From positions 194,239 through 258,238 of the forward strand of contig JAUIER010000002.1 of NCBI GenBank assembly GCA_030429765.1: a stretch of 64,000 bases of DNA, given 5' to 3'. Position 1 is the first letter of the stretch. Each line of letters starts with the position of its first letter. The translations under genes were made by a program, and so were the position numbers. This DNA comes from a bacterium (lineage in GTDB: Bacteria > Omnitrophota > Gorgyraeia > Zapsychrales > Zapsychraceae). This document shows positions 40,920 through 50,303 of the stretch, in pieces. Below the pieces are notes generated by a model that saw only the letters and a list, made by a program, of their open reading frames with translations, was not told where the DNA came from and searched no databases.

Positions 40920-42629
40920 CTAGTCGCTGGCCGTGACCCGTAAAACTTCATCCAACGTTGTATCGCCGCGCACACACTTTTGCATGGCATCTTCGAATAA
41001 CGTAGTCATCCCGTTCTCGCGCCGGGCATACTCCTTAATGGCGTCCGAGGATTCCCCCTTCAGCAATAAGGTGCGGATTTCATCATTCACCTCCAGCATC
41101 TCGGTAATCCCCAGCCGCCCCTTGTATCCGGATTGACGGCATTGATCACAACCCGCTCCTTCAAAAAACTTGTCTTCCGGTCGCAGCGTGTAACCCATCG
41201 TATTCAGCAAATCATGCGGAATATCAATCTCTTTGCGACATGACGAGCACAGTCGCCGGAACAGCCGCTGGGCACTGATCAGGAACAAACTTGAAGCCAC
41301 AAGGAACGGTTCGACATCCATATCCACCAGTCGGGTCAACGCGCTGGCCGCGTCGTTGGTGTGAAGCGTGGAAAATACCAATTGACCGGTCAAAGACGCC
41401 TTGATCGCGATATCGGCCGTTTCTCCGTCACGGATCTCCCCGACCATAACGACGTCAGGACTCTGCCGCAAAATGGCCCGCAATCCTTCCGCGAAAGTCA
41501 GCCCGATGTCCGGCCGGGCCTGAATCTGCGTCAGCCCCTCGATCAAATATTCCACCGGATCTTCAACCGTGATGACGTTTTTATCCACGGTATTTAACAG
41601 ACTGATCAAAGAGTACAGCGTGGTCGACTTTCCGCTTCCGGTAGGCCCGGTCACGAGCATCATCCCGAACGGTTTAACCGTGGCTTCTTCCAGAATGGTG
41701 AGAGCTCGATCATTGAAGCCCAACCCTTTGAGCCCCACCGACAGACTCCCTTTATCCAAAACCCGCATGACAATCTTTTCACCAAAGGTCGTCGGCAGCA
41801 ATGACACCCGAAAATCCACTTCCTTATTTGCAATCTTGAGCTTGAACCGTCCGTCCTGAGGAATGTGCGCCATCGTGATATCCAGCCGCGACATAATCTT
41901 GATACGGACCACGACCGCATTCTGATTTTCCTTGGGGATATCTAAAATATTATTAAGAACACCATCAATCCGATACCGCACCTTCATCCCGTCGATCTTG
42001 GGTTCGATGTGAATGTCGGAGGCCCGCTGCTTGAGCGCTTCCTTAATAATCAGATTGACCATACGGATAATCGGCGCCTTCTCACTTTCATCAACCGAGC
42101 TATCCAGATCGTTTTCCTGATCTTCCTCGGAGATAATCTCGAAGTCGTCGACATCAATATCCTTACTGATATCCATGACGGTTGTCTCCAACCCGCCGCC
42201 ATAATAGGAGTCAATCACTTTACCGATTTCCTCATGCGTACTCATTACGATATCAATATCTTTACCCGTGATATTCTTCAAGTCGTCAACGACAAAAATA
42301 TTAAGTGGATCTGACACAGCAATGGTCAGTGAATCCTCGAGCAGAGACAGCGGGATGATACCATACTGACGGGATATTTTCTCAGGGATAATTTCCTGCA
42401 ACGCCGGATCAATTTTATACTTGGATAGATTGATAAACGGGATATTCAGTTCACGGACGAGGATGACCAGCAGATCTTTTTCCTTGATCAACCCCTTCTC
42501 GACTAGTGCTTTTTCCAGACTGATACCACGCTGCTTCTGAAGAATCATGGCATCTTCAATGTCCTCACGTCGAACCTTTTTGGTCTCGATAAGAGTGTTA
42601 ATCAATCTGTCTTTTAATGTCTTTGACAT
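40920..42629 (-). CDS. PilB/GspE-family extension ATPase (downstream copy)
   Basis: ASDIHIEP, Walker A GPTGSGKST, TVEDPVE, VGEIRD, STLHTN, CxxC...CxxC. Confidence 0.95.
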   Translation of the reverse strand: MSKTLKDRLINTLIETKKVRREDIEDAMILQKQRGISLEKALVEKGLIKEKDLLVILVRELNIPFINLSKYKIDPALQEIIPEKISRQYGIIPLSLLEDSLTIAVSDPLNIFVVDDLKNITGKDIDIVMSTHEEIGKVIDSYYGGGLETTVMDISKDIDVDDFEIISEEDQENDLDSSVDESEKAPIIRMVNLIIKEALKQRASDIHIEPKIDGMKVRYRIDGVLNNILDIPKENQNAVVVRIKIMSRLDITMAHIPQDGRFKLKIANKEVDFRVSLLPTTFGEKIVMRVLDKGSLSVGLKGLGFNDRALTILEEATVKPFGMMLVTGPTGSGKSTTLYSLISLLNTVDKNVITVEDPVEYLIEGLTQIQARPDIGLTFAEGLRAILRQSPDVVMVGEIRDGETADIAIKASLTGQLVFSTLHTNDAASALTRLVDMDVEPFLVASSLFLISAQRLFRRLCSSCRKEIDIPHDLLNTMGYTLRPEDKFFEGAGCDQCRQSGYKGRLGITEMLEVNDEIRTLLLKGESSDAIKEYARRENGMTTLFEDAMQKCVRGDTTLDEVLRVTASD

Positions 42630-42637
42630 ACTCTTTC

Positions 42638-44398
42638 CTAAACGGCATCATCCGGCGCCGTCACACGCAGCACCTCTTCAATAGTTGTCAAACCTTCCTG
42701 AGCCTTGGTCAAACCGTCTTCGCGCATCGTCCGCATGCCTTCTTTGCGGGCCTGATCTTTGATTTTAAATTCGCCCTTACGGCTGAGGATACATTCACGG
42801 ATACCCGGTGAAACAACCAGAATCTCGGTGATACCTACCCGGCCGATGTAACCGGTATTGAAACATTTTTTACATCCGGCACCGCGGTACATTTCATACG
42901 AATCACTGGGGAACAAACGTGACAGGCCAATCTTTTCCGCTACGGAAGTTTCAACAGTATATTTTTCCTTGCAGTGCGGACAAATACGCCGCAATAGTCG
43001 CTGGGCGACGATGGCCAGCACGGATGAACAAATTAAAAACGGCTCAATCCCCATATTCATCATACGGATCACCGATCCCGCGGCCGTGGTGGTATGTAAT
43101 GAACTTAACACAAGGTGACCGGTCAAAGCGGCTTTGACGGCGATGTCCAGGGTTTCTGAGTCACGAATTTCCCCGATCAAAATAATGTCCGGATCCTGCC
43201 GCAGAATCGACCGCAGACTCGCGGCAAAGGTCAATCCCATCTGCGGCTTGACGTTGACCTGATTGATCGTCGGCATTTGGTATTCAACCGGATCCTCGAC
43301 GGTGACAATATTTTTCTCGGGCGAATCCACATACTTGAGAATCGAATAAAGCGTTGTGGTCTTCCCGCTTCCCGTCGGACCGCAGGTGAGGATCATTCCG
43401 TGCGGCTTGACCGCGCACTCTTTTAAGGCTTCCAGCGAACGGTCCTGAAATCCCAATTTGTCGACATCAAGGACCGTGCCTTCCTGGTCCAAAACCCGCA
43501 GTACAATCTTTTCGCCAAAGGCCGTCGGTAAAACGCTCACCCGAAAATCAACCTCTTTGTTGCCTGACAAAATGGTTTTAAAACGGCCATCCTGCGGCAA
43601 CCGGTGTTCAGATATATCCAGATTGGAGATTACCTTGATGCGGGAGATAATCGGAAAATGCAGCACCTTGGCCAGCCGATCGATCTCACGGATGACCCCG
43701 TCGATTCGATAGCGGATCCGGACCGTCTTTTCCATGGGTTCAATAAAGACGTCACTCGCCTTGGCAATAACCGACTGTTGAATGATCGTATCCGTCAGGC
43801 GGATGATCGGCGCCTCTTCACCAATTTCCTCGACATTACTGGATTCCGCCCCGCCGACACCGTCTTTCACCAGCTCCATTTCTTCGGTATCACGCATGTC
43901 CTGCATGATATCGTCAAAGGTCTCCGAGGCCGCTTCAATCGCGCCTTCCTGCTCCTCCCGTTCAACATCCGCGTAATACTTCTCGATAGCGTCTTCGATC
44001 TCCGCGACCTTGGCGATAATCGGATTGATCGTGTAGCCGGTCAGAGCCTTGACATTGTCGATCGTGAATATATTAAGCGGATCGCCCATCGCGAGCGTCA
44101 AATGCTCACCCATTACCGAAATCGGCATAATCTTGTATTTTTCAGCCAGGGAACGGGGGATGATATCAATAACTTCAGGAAATACTTTCAGGCGGGAAAT
44201 ACTAATGATCGGCAGACCTAAACTTTCACTCAGCACCTGCGACAACGCGTCCTGATCGATCAATTCCATCTTGACCAGAATCCGACTGAGCTCCCCTCCG
44301 GACTTTTGCTGTTCACGCAGCGCTGCGTCCAAATCCTGTGCCGAAATCAAATCATCACGAATTAGTATTTGTTTAAGTCGATCCTTTAAGGAATCCAT
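42638..44398 (-). CDS. PilB/GspE-family extension ATPase (upstream copy)
   Basis: ASDVFIEP, GPTGSGKTT, RQDPD, IGEIRD, SLHT, CPHC...CKKC. Confidence 0.95.
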   Translation of the reverse strand: MDSLKDRLKQILIRDDLISAQDLDAALREQQKSGGELSRILVKMELIDQDALSQVLSESLGLPIISISRLKVFPEVIDIIPRSLAEKYKIMPISVMGEHLTLAMGDPLNIFTIDNVKALTGYTINPIIAKVAEIEDAIEKYYADVEREEQEGAIEAASETFDDIMQDMRDTEEMELVKDGVGGAESSNVEEIGEEAPIIRLTDTIIQQSVIAKASDVFIEPMEKTVRIRYRIDGVIREIDRLAKVLHFPIISRIKVISNLDISEHRLPQDGRFKTILSGNKEVDFRVSVLPTAFGEKIVLRVLDQEGTVLDVDKLGFQDRSLEALKECAVKPHGMILTCGPTGSGKTTTLYSILKYVDSPEKNIVTVEDPVEYQMPTINQVNVKPQMGLTFAASLRSILRQDPDIILIGEIRDSETLDIAVKAALTGHLVLSSLHTTTAAGSVIRMMNMGIEPFLICSSVLAIVAQRLLRRICPHCKEKYTVETSVAEKIGLSRLFPSDSYEMYRGAGCKKCFNTGYIGRVGITEILVVSPGIRECILSRKGEFKIKDQARKEGMRTMREDGLTKAQEGLTTIEEVLRVTAPDDAV

Positions 44399-44847
44399 TA
44401 GTCTGTTTTGTAGTATTTTTCAATAGACTGCTTGATTTCCGTCGTCGTACTGACAAAGGTCTGGATCGTACAACCGGTGAGAATTTCTACATCCTCGGCG
44501 GCTTGAATGTTGAGTGGGTTGGACATGGCGAGCGTCAAGCTTTTACCGATTTTATCGATCGGAATCAGGCAAAATTGCCGACATATATTCTCCGGCACCG
44601 ATTTGATGACCTCATCATCAATCTCGTAATTGGCCAGAGGCAGGTATGGAAATCCATACTGTGAGGTGAGAACCTGCGCGATATCTCTTTCCGTAACAAA
44701 ATTCATCTCAACCAACACCTCACCCAACAGACCCCCCATTTCTTTCTGCTTGGCCAAGGCCAGATTGAGTTGATCATGGCTCAGCGCCCCTTTCTCAATG
44801 AGAAGCTGTCCGATTTGCTTGGTTGAAGTACGCTTGAATTGTTTCAT
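44398..44847 (-). CDS. Stand-alone MshEN (T2SSE_N) domain protein
   Basis: Two 24-aa MshEN-like motifs with a 5-aa linker plus the LTLAMSNPLN subdomain; no ATPase part. Confidence 0.88.
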   Translation of the reverse strand: MKQFKRTSTKQIGQLLIEKGALSHDQLNLALAKQKEMGGLLGEVLVEMNFVTERDIAQVLTSQYGFPYLPLANYEIDDEVIKSVPENICRQFCLIPIDKIGKSLTLAMSNPLNIQAAEDVEILTGCTIQTFVSTTTEIKQSIEKYYKTD

Positions 44848-44882
44848 GGTTCTCTCTTGTTTATGAAGTTCAGATTATTCAG

Positions 44883-44911
44883 ATTCTACTATAGTTGTCG
44901 CCGGAGTACAA
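44883..44911 (-). promoter_or_regulatory. Putative promoter of the MshEN-ATPase-ATPase operon
   Basis: TTGTAC-N17-TAGAAT. Confidence 0.55.
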
Positions 44912-44933
44912 ATCTTTAATCAGATAAGTTCCG

Positions 44934-46040
44934 CTAAAATATGGTCCTTTTCTTGCTGAGATTCAGCAAAAAGCCCATCATAATCACTGACACCAAAAAC
45001 GAGGACCGGCCGTAACTGACCAAAGGTAATGTCAGCCCCACAATCGGAAACATCCCGATCACCATCCCGATATTGATAACCACCTGCAGGGTGTAAATTG
45101 AGACTATCCCCATGGTCACGATCATGCCGAACCGGTCTTTCATCTGCGCGGCAATCTGTATACTAGTCATGATAAGTATAAAATATAAAAACAGTAATGT
45201 CATCGTCCCGATCAATCCCCACTCCTCACCAATCACTGAAAAGATAAAATCGGTGTGCCGTTCAGGCAGGAAATTCAGCTGGTTCTGGGTCCCGGACAGC
45301 CAGCCCTTGCCGAAGATCTGCCCGGATCCGATGGCAATCTTGGATTGAATAATCGTATAGCCGGCCCCCAAAGGATCGATATTCGGATTCAAGAAGACCA
45401 GTAAGCGGTCTTTCTGGTAGGGTTTAAGGATCAGCCAGGCAAATGGGGATAGCACGGTACATAGTCCCAGGAACCCGAACACAATCTTATAGTCGATGCC
45501 GCCGGCAAACACCATTGTGATAAACATCCCGCCCAGCAACAAGGATGTCCCCAGATCCGGCTGTTTGAAGATCAGGAGCATCAAGAGGCCTGTCATCCCC
45601 AATGGAAACAGAAATTGGCGCACAAATTCCTGCGTCTTGGTAAAAAAGCCGAACGAGAGCACAGGTTTGCGGTCGCTAATGTAGCGTCCGAGCGCCAGGA
45701 TCAGCGCCAACTTGGAGAGTTCCGAGGGTTGAAAGCTGATCGGTCCCAACTGAATCCAGCGCGTCGCCCCTAACGCATGACGCCCCATCACCAAAACCAG
45801 AATCAGCAACACCACATTTAACGCGTAGAATCCGTAGGCCACATCATAAAACCGCCGGTAGTCAATCTTGGACAGGATATACATGACGATAAATCCCAGC
45901 CCGGCACATACCAGTTGATCATAAAAAATCCGTTGAGTCACACGGACATTGTCATAGGTGGCGCTGTAAAGCGCAATCAACCCCATCCCGATGATCAAGA
46001 TCGTGCAGCCCCACAATACTTTTTCAAGCGTCAGTCTCAT
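44934..46040 (-). CDS. rodA: Rod shape-determining SEDS protein RodA
   Basis: GATRWI, QPSELSK, QPDLGT, LPERHTDFIF; follows PBP2. Confidence 0.96.
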   Translation of the reverse strand: MRLTLEKVLWGCTILIIGMGLIALYSATYDNVRVTQRIFYDQLVCAGLGFIVMYILSKIDYRRFYDVAYGFYALNVVLLILVLVMGRHALGATRWIQLGPISFQPSELSKLALILALGRYISDRKPVLSFGFFTKTQEFVRQFLFPLGMTGLLMLLIFKQPDLGTSLLLGGMFITMVFAGGIDYKIVFGFLGLCTVLSPFAWLILKPYQKDRLLVFLNPNIDPLGAGYTIIQSKIAIGSGQIFGKGWLSGTQNQLNFLPERHTDFIFSVIGEEWGLIGTMTLLFLYFILIMTSIQIAAQMKDRFGMIVTMGIVSIYTLQVVINIGMVIGMFPIVGLTLPLVSYGRSSFLVSVIMMGFLLNLSKKRTIF

Positions 46041-46042
46041 TG

Positions 46043-47758
46043 TTAAATCAATCCGTCCCGTTTCATATGTAACAGCAATTGCCGGGTGATATTTACCGCG
46101 TTATGAGAAGATCCGCCGTGTTCCAGAAATACACAAAACGCCATATGTCCCTTGTCACTTTTGGTGTACCCCGCGAACCAGGCATGGTGATCTTTGTTCG
46201 GCGCCGACTGTGCCGTGCCTGTCTTTCCGGCGACGAAGATCTCGCGATTGTCCAGATCATGGGCCGTTCCTGTGTAATCGGTGACCGTCGCGCGCATACC
46301 CCGCTTGACCACCTTAAAGATTTCCTCGTCGATGTCTAACTGCCGCCTGTAATCAAACTGATTGACTTCAACGCCTCCGATCGATTTAATCAGATGCGGC
46401 CGAACCTCAACACCATCGTTGGCAATCGTTGACATCATCTGCGTTAATTGCAGCGGTGTACTTAAGACATCGCCCTGACCAATTGAAAAATTCAATGTGT
46501 CCCCCGGATACCATTGTCTCTTTTTGGATAATAATCCCTGCTTGCGATTGGGAATATGCCCCTGGGCCTCGTATGGCAGATCTATGTGCGTGAGCTGCCC
46601 CAATCCAAACATCAACGCGTATTGCGTAAGCAGATCGGCCCCCACCTTTAACCCCATCCGGTAGTAGTAGACATTGCACGAGTGGGCGATGGATTCGACC
46701 AGGTTTTGATCGCCATGAGGATAGGTGCAACCAAAACGAATCCCGCCCATCTGATGAAATCCCTTACAGTGATATGTCGAACTGGGCTTGATCTTTTTGG
46801 TGTGCAGCCCGCAGATCGCCACTGGAATCTTGAACACCGATCCCGGCGGAAACCGTCCGCTGATGGCCCGGTTCATCATCGGCGAATTCTCGTTGTTAAA
46901 GACATTGCCCTCCGCCTTTCGGATCTTGGGGTCAACAAAATAGTTGGGATCAAAACTTGGGGCGCTGGTCATGCCGATGATCTCGCCCGTCGCCGTATCC
47001 ATCATAACGATGGCTCCGGGACGATTACCCAAATATTTGGCCGCCAGCTCCTGCACACGGCTGTCGAGGGTCAGGGCAATATCTTTACCGCGCACCGGCT
47101 CCTTGAGGCTCAGCAACCGCACCTGCTGCCCGCGGCTGTTAACTTCGACCTGCAGTCCGCCTTCATCCCCCCGCAAATTGAGATCATAATACTCTTCAAT
47201 CCCGGACTGTCCGACAACGCTCAGCGGCGAGTAACCATATTCTTTATAGCGCTTGATCGACGACCGATTGACCTTACCCACATAACCCAATACATGCGCG
47301 GAATTATTCTTCAGCGGATAATAGCGCTTGAAATTTTCCTCAACAAATAGACTTGGAAACCGATAACGGTTTTCTTCCAGAACAATCGCCTGCTGCTGGG
47401 CGATATCCGCCATCAATTGAACCGGCGCGAACGGAGTATTCTTCTTGGACTTGTATTGACGGATCAACCGGTCCTTATCCACCTCCAGCGTCTCACTCAA
47501 AAAATCAAAAAGAGAATCCATATCTTCGATCGCCTGAGGTGTAATCATCACATTATAGGCGATGCGGTTTTCAGCGATCGACACGCCATTGCGGTCATAA
47601 ATCCGTCCGCGCCAGCCTTCCATCGGCACAACCCGAATACGATTATTTGTACTCAAGTTGAAATAATATCCGCCCTTAACCGCCTGAACGTAAAACAGAC
47701 TCCCGGCGATGGACAAAAAAGCAATTATGACGACTATCCTAACAATCTTAATGCGCAT
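46043..47758 (-). CDS. mrdA: Penicillin-binding protein 2
   Basis: RGRIYDRNG; SVFK (SxxK), SCN (SxN) and KTG motifs. Confidence 0.95.
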   Translation of the reverse strand: MRIKIVRIVVIIAFLSIAGSLFYVQAVKGGYYFNLSTNNRIRVVPMEGWRGRIYDRNGVSIAENRIAYNVMITPQAIEDMDSLFDFLSETLEVDKDRLIRQYKSKKNTPFAPVQLMADIAQQQAIVLEENRYRFPSLFVEENFKRYYPLKNNSAHVLGYVGKVNRSSIKRYKEYGYSPLSVVGQSGIEEYYDLNLRGDEGGLQVEVNSRGQQVRLLSLKEPVRGKDIALTLDSRVQELAAKYLGNRPGAIVMMDTATGEIIGMTSAPSFDPNYFVDPKIRKAEGNVFNNENSPMMNRAISGRFPPGSVFKIPVAICGLHTKKIKPSSTYHCKGFHQMGGIRFGCTYPHGDQNLVESIAHSCNVYYYRMGLKVGADLLTQYALMFGLGQLTHIDLPYEAQGHIPNRKQGLLSKKRQWYPGDTLNFSIGQGDVLSTPLQLTQMMSTIANDGVEVRPHLIKSIGGVEVNQFDYRRQLDIDEEIFKVVKRGMRATVTDYTGTAHDLDNREIFVAGKTGTAQSAPNKDHHAWFAGYTKSDKGHMAFCVFLEHGGSSHNAVNITRQLLLHMKRDGLI

Positions 47759-48213
47759 CGTTTCAGTTTCCTAAATACATACCCGGTGACGAACAGCGTC
47801 GAGATAATCTCCGGAAGCATGATAATCTTGATGACCAATCCCAGCTGATGGATATTCTGGGAAATGATACATTGAAGAGATAAATTCAGCAAACAAATCA
47901 GGAACACCACGGAAAAGAGAGTCACCGGATTTCCTTTCTGGTAAATGAGCTTGGAAATCACCGTGGTCATAAACGCGCTGAACACAAACGCGAATGAATA
48001 AAACCCGAACAGATAAACCCCGAAACTGTCCTTAAAAACTCCGCCGAGAACTGCGGCCAGCAGACTGTATCGGATCCCCAGCGACAAATTGAGGTAAATG
48101 ATCAGCAATAGCAACAGATTTGGCGTGTACTTCTGTCCAATAAGATTGATGCACAGAAGTTCAACAAAAAAGAACAGGCACACCGCCGCCACAGCTAAGA
48201 ATATTTTCTTCAT
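47734..48213 (-). CDS. mreD: Rod shape-determining protein MreD
   Basis: Highly hydrophobic, PNLLL and GGVFKD motifs; between mreC and mrdA. Confidence 0.85.
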   Translation of the reverse strand: MKKIFLAVAAVCLFFFVELLCINLIGQKYTPNLLLLLIIYLNLSLGIRYSLLAAVLGGVFKDSFGVYLFGFYSFAFVFSAFMTTVISKLIYQKGNPVTLFSVVFLICLLNLSLQCIISQNIHQLGLVIKIIMLPEIISTLFVTGYVFRKLKRCALRLLG

Positions 48214-48215
48214 GA

Positions 48216-48998
48216 CTATTTACTGAGGATTAAGACTTCTTCCAACTGAGAAAATGATACCGCCGGTTGAACAATACATTCCTTGGACATATTCGTGCGT
48301 CCCGGTCTGATTTCGATCACATCGCCAATGACCAAACTTTCCGGAAATGTGGTACTGAGTTTGGAGGTGATCACCTTGTCCCCGACGCGGATATCGGCAT
48401 TTTCTTTGACAAACTTGAGGCGGCACATCCCCTCCAGCGTGCCGGATATAACCCCACTTTCCCGCGAACGCTGCACCATCACGGCCACACTGAACTGCGG
48501 ATCCGTCAGCATGATGACTTTGGAATTTTGACCACTGACTTCGGCAATCTTGCCGACGACACCGATCTCATTTACCACGGGCTGCCCCAACTCGACCCCG
48601 TCGTCTTCGCCCTTATCAATAATAAAAGATGAGTTCCAGCGGGAAAGATCTCGCCCTACCACACTGGCGGCCGAAGCCGAGTAAACCAGTCGACGCTTAA
48701 AATCCAGCAGTTTCTCGAGGCGTGTATTTTCGCGGACGACCTCCTCCATCCCGACCAGCCGAGTCTTGAGACGATCCACTTCAAGTTTCTTTTTTTTGTA
48801 CTCCTCGAAGGTACGATGGTAGTAGAGGATTTTCTTTAATTCAATCAGCGGAAAAGACACAATGCGGATAGGGCCGGAGAATAGATTGGCCACCGTAAAC
48901 TTAAACGAGCCAAATAGTTTTGTTCGTGAAAAAAACAGGAAAAAAGGAATGAGAAGAATGAAGAGATAAACTAGATTTTTTCGATTATACTTGAACAC
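48216..48998 (-). CDS. mreC: Rod shape-determining protein MreC
   Basis: TM helix, ENTRLEKLL coiled coil, IDKGEDDGV, GVVGKI, GDKVITS. Confidence 0.94.
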   Translation of the reverse strand: MFKYNRKNLVYLFILLIPFFLFFSRTKLFGSFKFTVANLFSGPIRIVSFPLIELKKILYYHRTFEEYKKKKLEVDRLKTRLVGMEEVVRENTRLEKLLDFKRRLVYSASAASVVGRDLSRWNSSFIIDKGEDDGVELGQPVVNEIGVVGKIAEVSGQNSKVIMLTDPQFSVAVMVQRSRESGVISGTLEGMCRLKFVKENADIRVGDKVITSKLSTTFPESLVIGDVIEIRPGRTNMSKECIVQPAVSFSQLEEVLILSK

Positions 48999-49059
48999 AT
49001 CAAGTCAACAGAAAGAGATAATATTGAGTTTATGTTTTGTATATCGAATCAACGATGAG

Positions 49060-50136
49060 CTAGAAATCCAGCTTGGTTTGAACGGTAATGCGACGTCGGA
49101 ACTGATTCGGCATGCTTAACATTTGGCCCGTCCCCAACACAACCGCGGTCAGCGGATCATCGGCAATGTGAACGGGAAGCCCGGTTTCTTCGGCGATGCG
49201 TTTGTCGAGACCGCGCAGCAACGATCCGCCGCCCGCCATCACGATCCCGCGGTCGATCAAGTCCGCTGAAAGCTCCGGAGGTGTCTGTTCCAGCGTAGAC
49301 TTAGAGGCGTCAACAATCGCCTGGACAGGATCAAACAAGGCCTCACGAATCTCCATCGAGGTGATTGAAATGGTCTTGGGCAGACCGGAAATCAGATCAC
49401 GCCCGCGCACATCCATATTGAGTTCTTCTTCCATCGGATAGGCCGACCCGATGCGAATCTTGATCTCCTCGGCGGTACGCTCGCCCGTCATCAGGTTATA
49501 GGTCTTTCGCAAATACTCGATAATCGCCTGGTCCATCTCGTCTCCGGCAATACGAATGCTCTTCGCGTACACCAATCCCCCCATTGAAATAACGGCAAAT
49601 TCGGTGGTACCACCTCCGATATCGACGATCATATTTCCCGCCGCTTCCTCCACCGGCAGTCCGACACCGATCGCGGCCGCCTTCGGCTCTTCGACCAGCT
49701 CGACAGAGCGGGCTCCGGCACGTTCCGCTGAATCGCGGACCGCCCGTTTTTCCACGGCCGTAATTCCCGACGGAATGGCGATGACCATGGCCGGGCTCAA
49801 CAGTTTGCGGCGTCCATGGACCTTGCGGATAAAGTATTTAAGCATGGCTTCGGTGATCTCGAAATCAGAAATGACCCCGTCTTTCATGGGGCGTATGGCA
49901 ATGATATTGCCCGGCGTGCGACCCAACATCTTTTTGGCATCCTCTCCCACGGCCACGACACGATTCGAGTCCTTCTCGATGGCCACAACCGAAGGTTCAC
50001 ACAGCACAACACCTTCACCTTTTACAAAGACCAAAGTCGTTGCGGTACCTAAATCTATGCCGATATCATTGGAGAATAAACCGAGGATGTAATTAACGCC
50101 TTTTCGACCAATCTTAAAAACTCTTTGTAACACCAA
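49060..50136 (-). CDS. mreB: Actin-like protein MreB
   Basis: [34 protein letters not shown]; start uncertain (TTG or GTG). Confidence 0.97.
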   Translation of the reverse strand: MVLQRVFKIGRKGVNYILGLFSNDIGIDLGTATTLVFVKGEGVVLCEPSVVAIEKDSNRVVAVGEDAKKMLGRTPGNIIAIRPMKDGVISDFEITEAMLKYFIRKVHGRRKLLSPAMVIAIPSGITAVEKRAVRDSAERAGARSVELVEEPKAAAIGVGLPVEEAAGNMIVDIGGGTTEFAVISMGGLVYAKSIRIAGDEMDQAIIEYLRKTYNLMTGERTAEEIKIRIGSAYPMEEELNMDVRGRDLISGLPKTISITSMEIREALFDPVQAIVDASKSTLEQTPPELSADLIDRGIVMAGGGSLLRGLDKRIAEETGLPVHIADDPLTAVVLGTGQMLSMPNQFRRRITVQTKLDF

Positions 50137-50246
50137 GATTACCTTTGGGTTAAGACTGTCCCACGACGGCGGGCAGACGTAAATCTAAACCGTGCCTCGC
50201 GTGCTAGACACACGCGAAACCTAATTCTGGGTCGATAACTTGCCTA

Positions 50247-50275
50247 ATAATATATGAAAAGAAAAAATAAGTCAA
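50247..50275 (-). promoter_or_regulatory. Putative mreB promoter
   Basis: TTGACT-N17-TATTAT. Confidence 0.6.
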
Positions 50276-50303
50276 ACGATTTCTAGAACGCAAATAATGA
50301 CAA

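Noticed and set aside
30340-44847. Calling the locus a type II secretion system
   Set aside because: Separate PilM, INLLP-type PilN, PilO, RDPF-type PilP and a strongly expressed pilin with its own terminator fit a type IV pilus better; a secretion role is not excluded.
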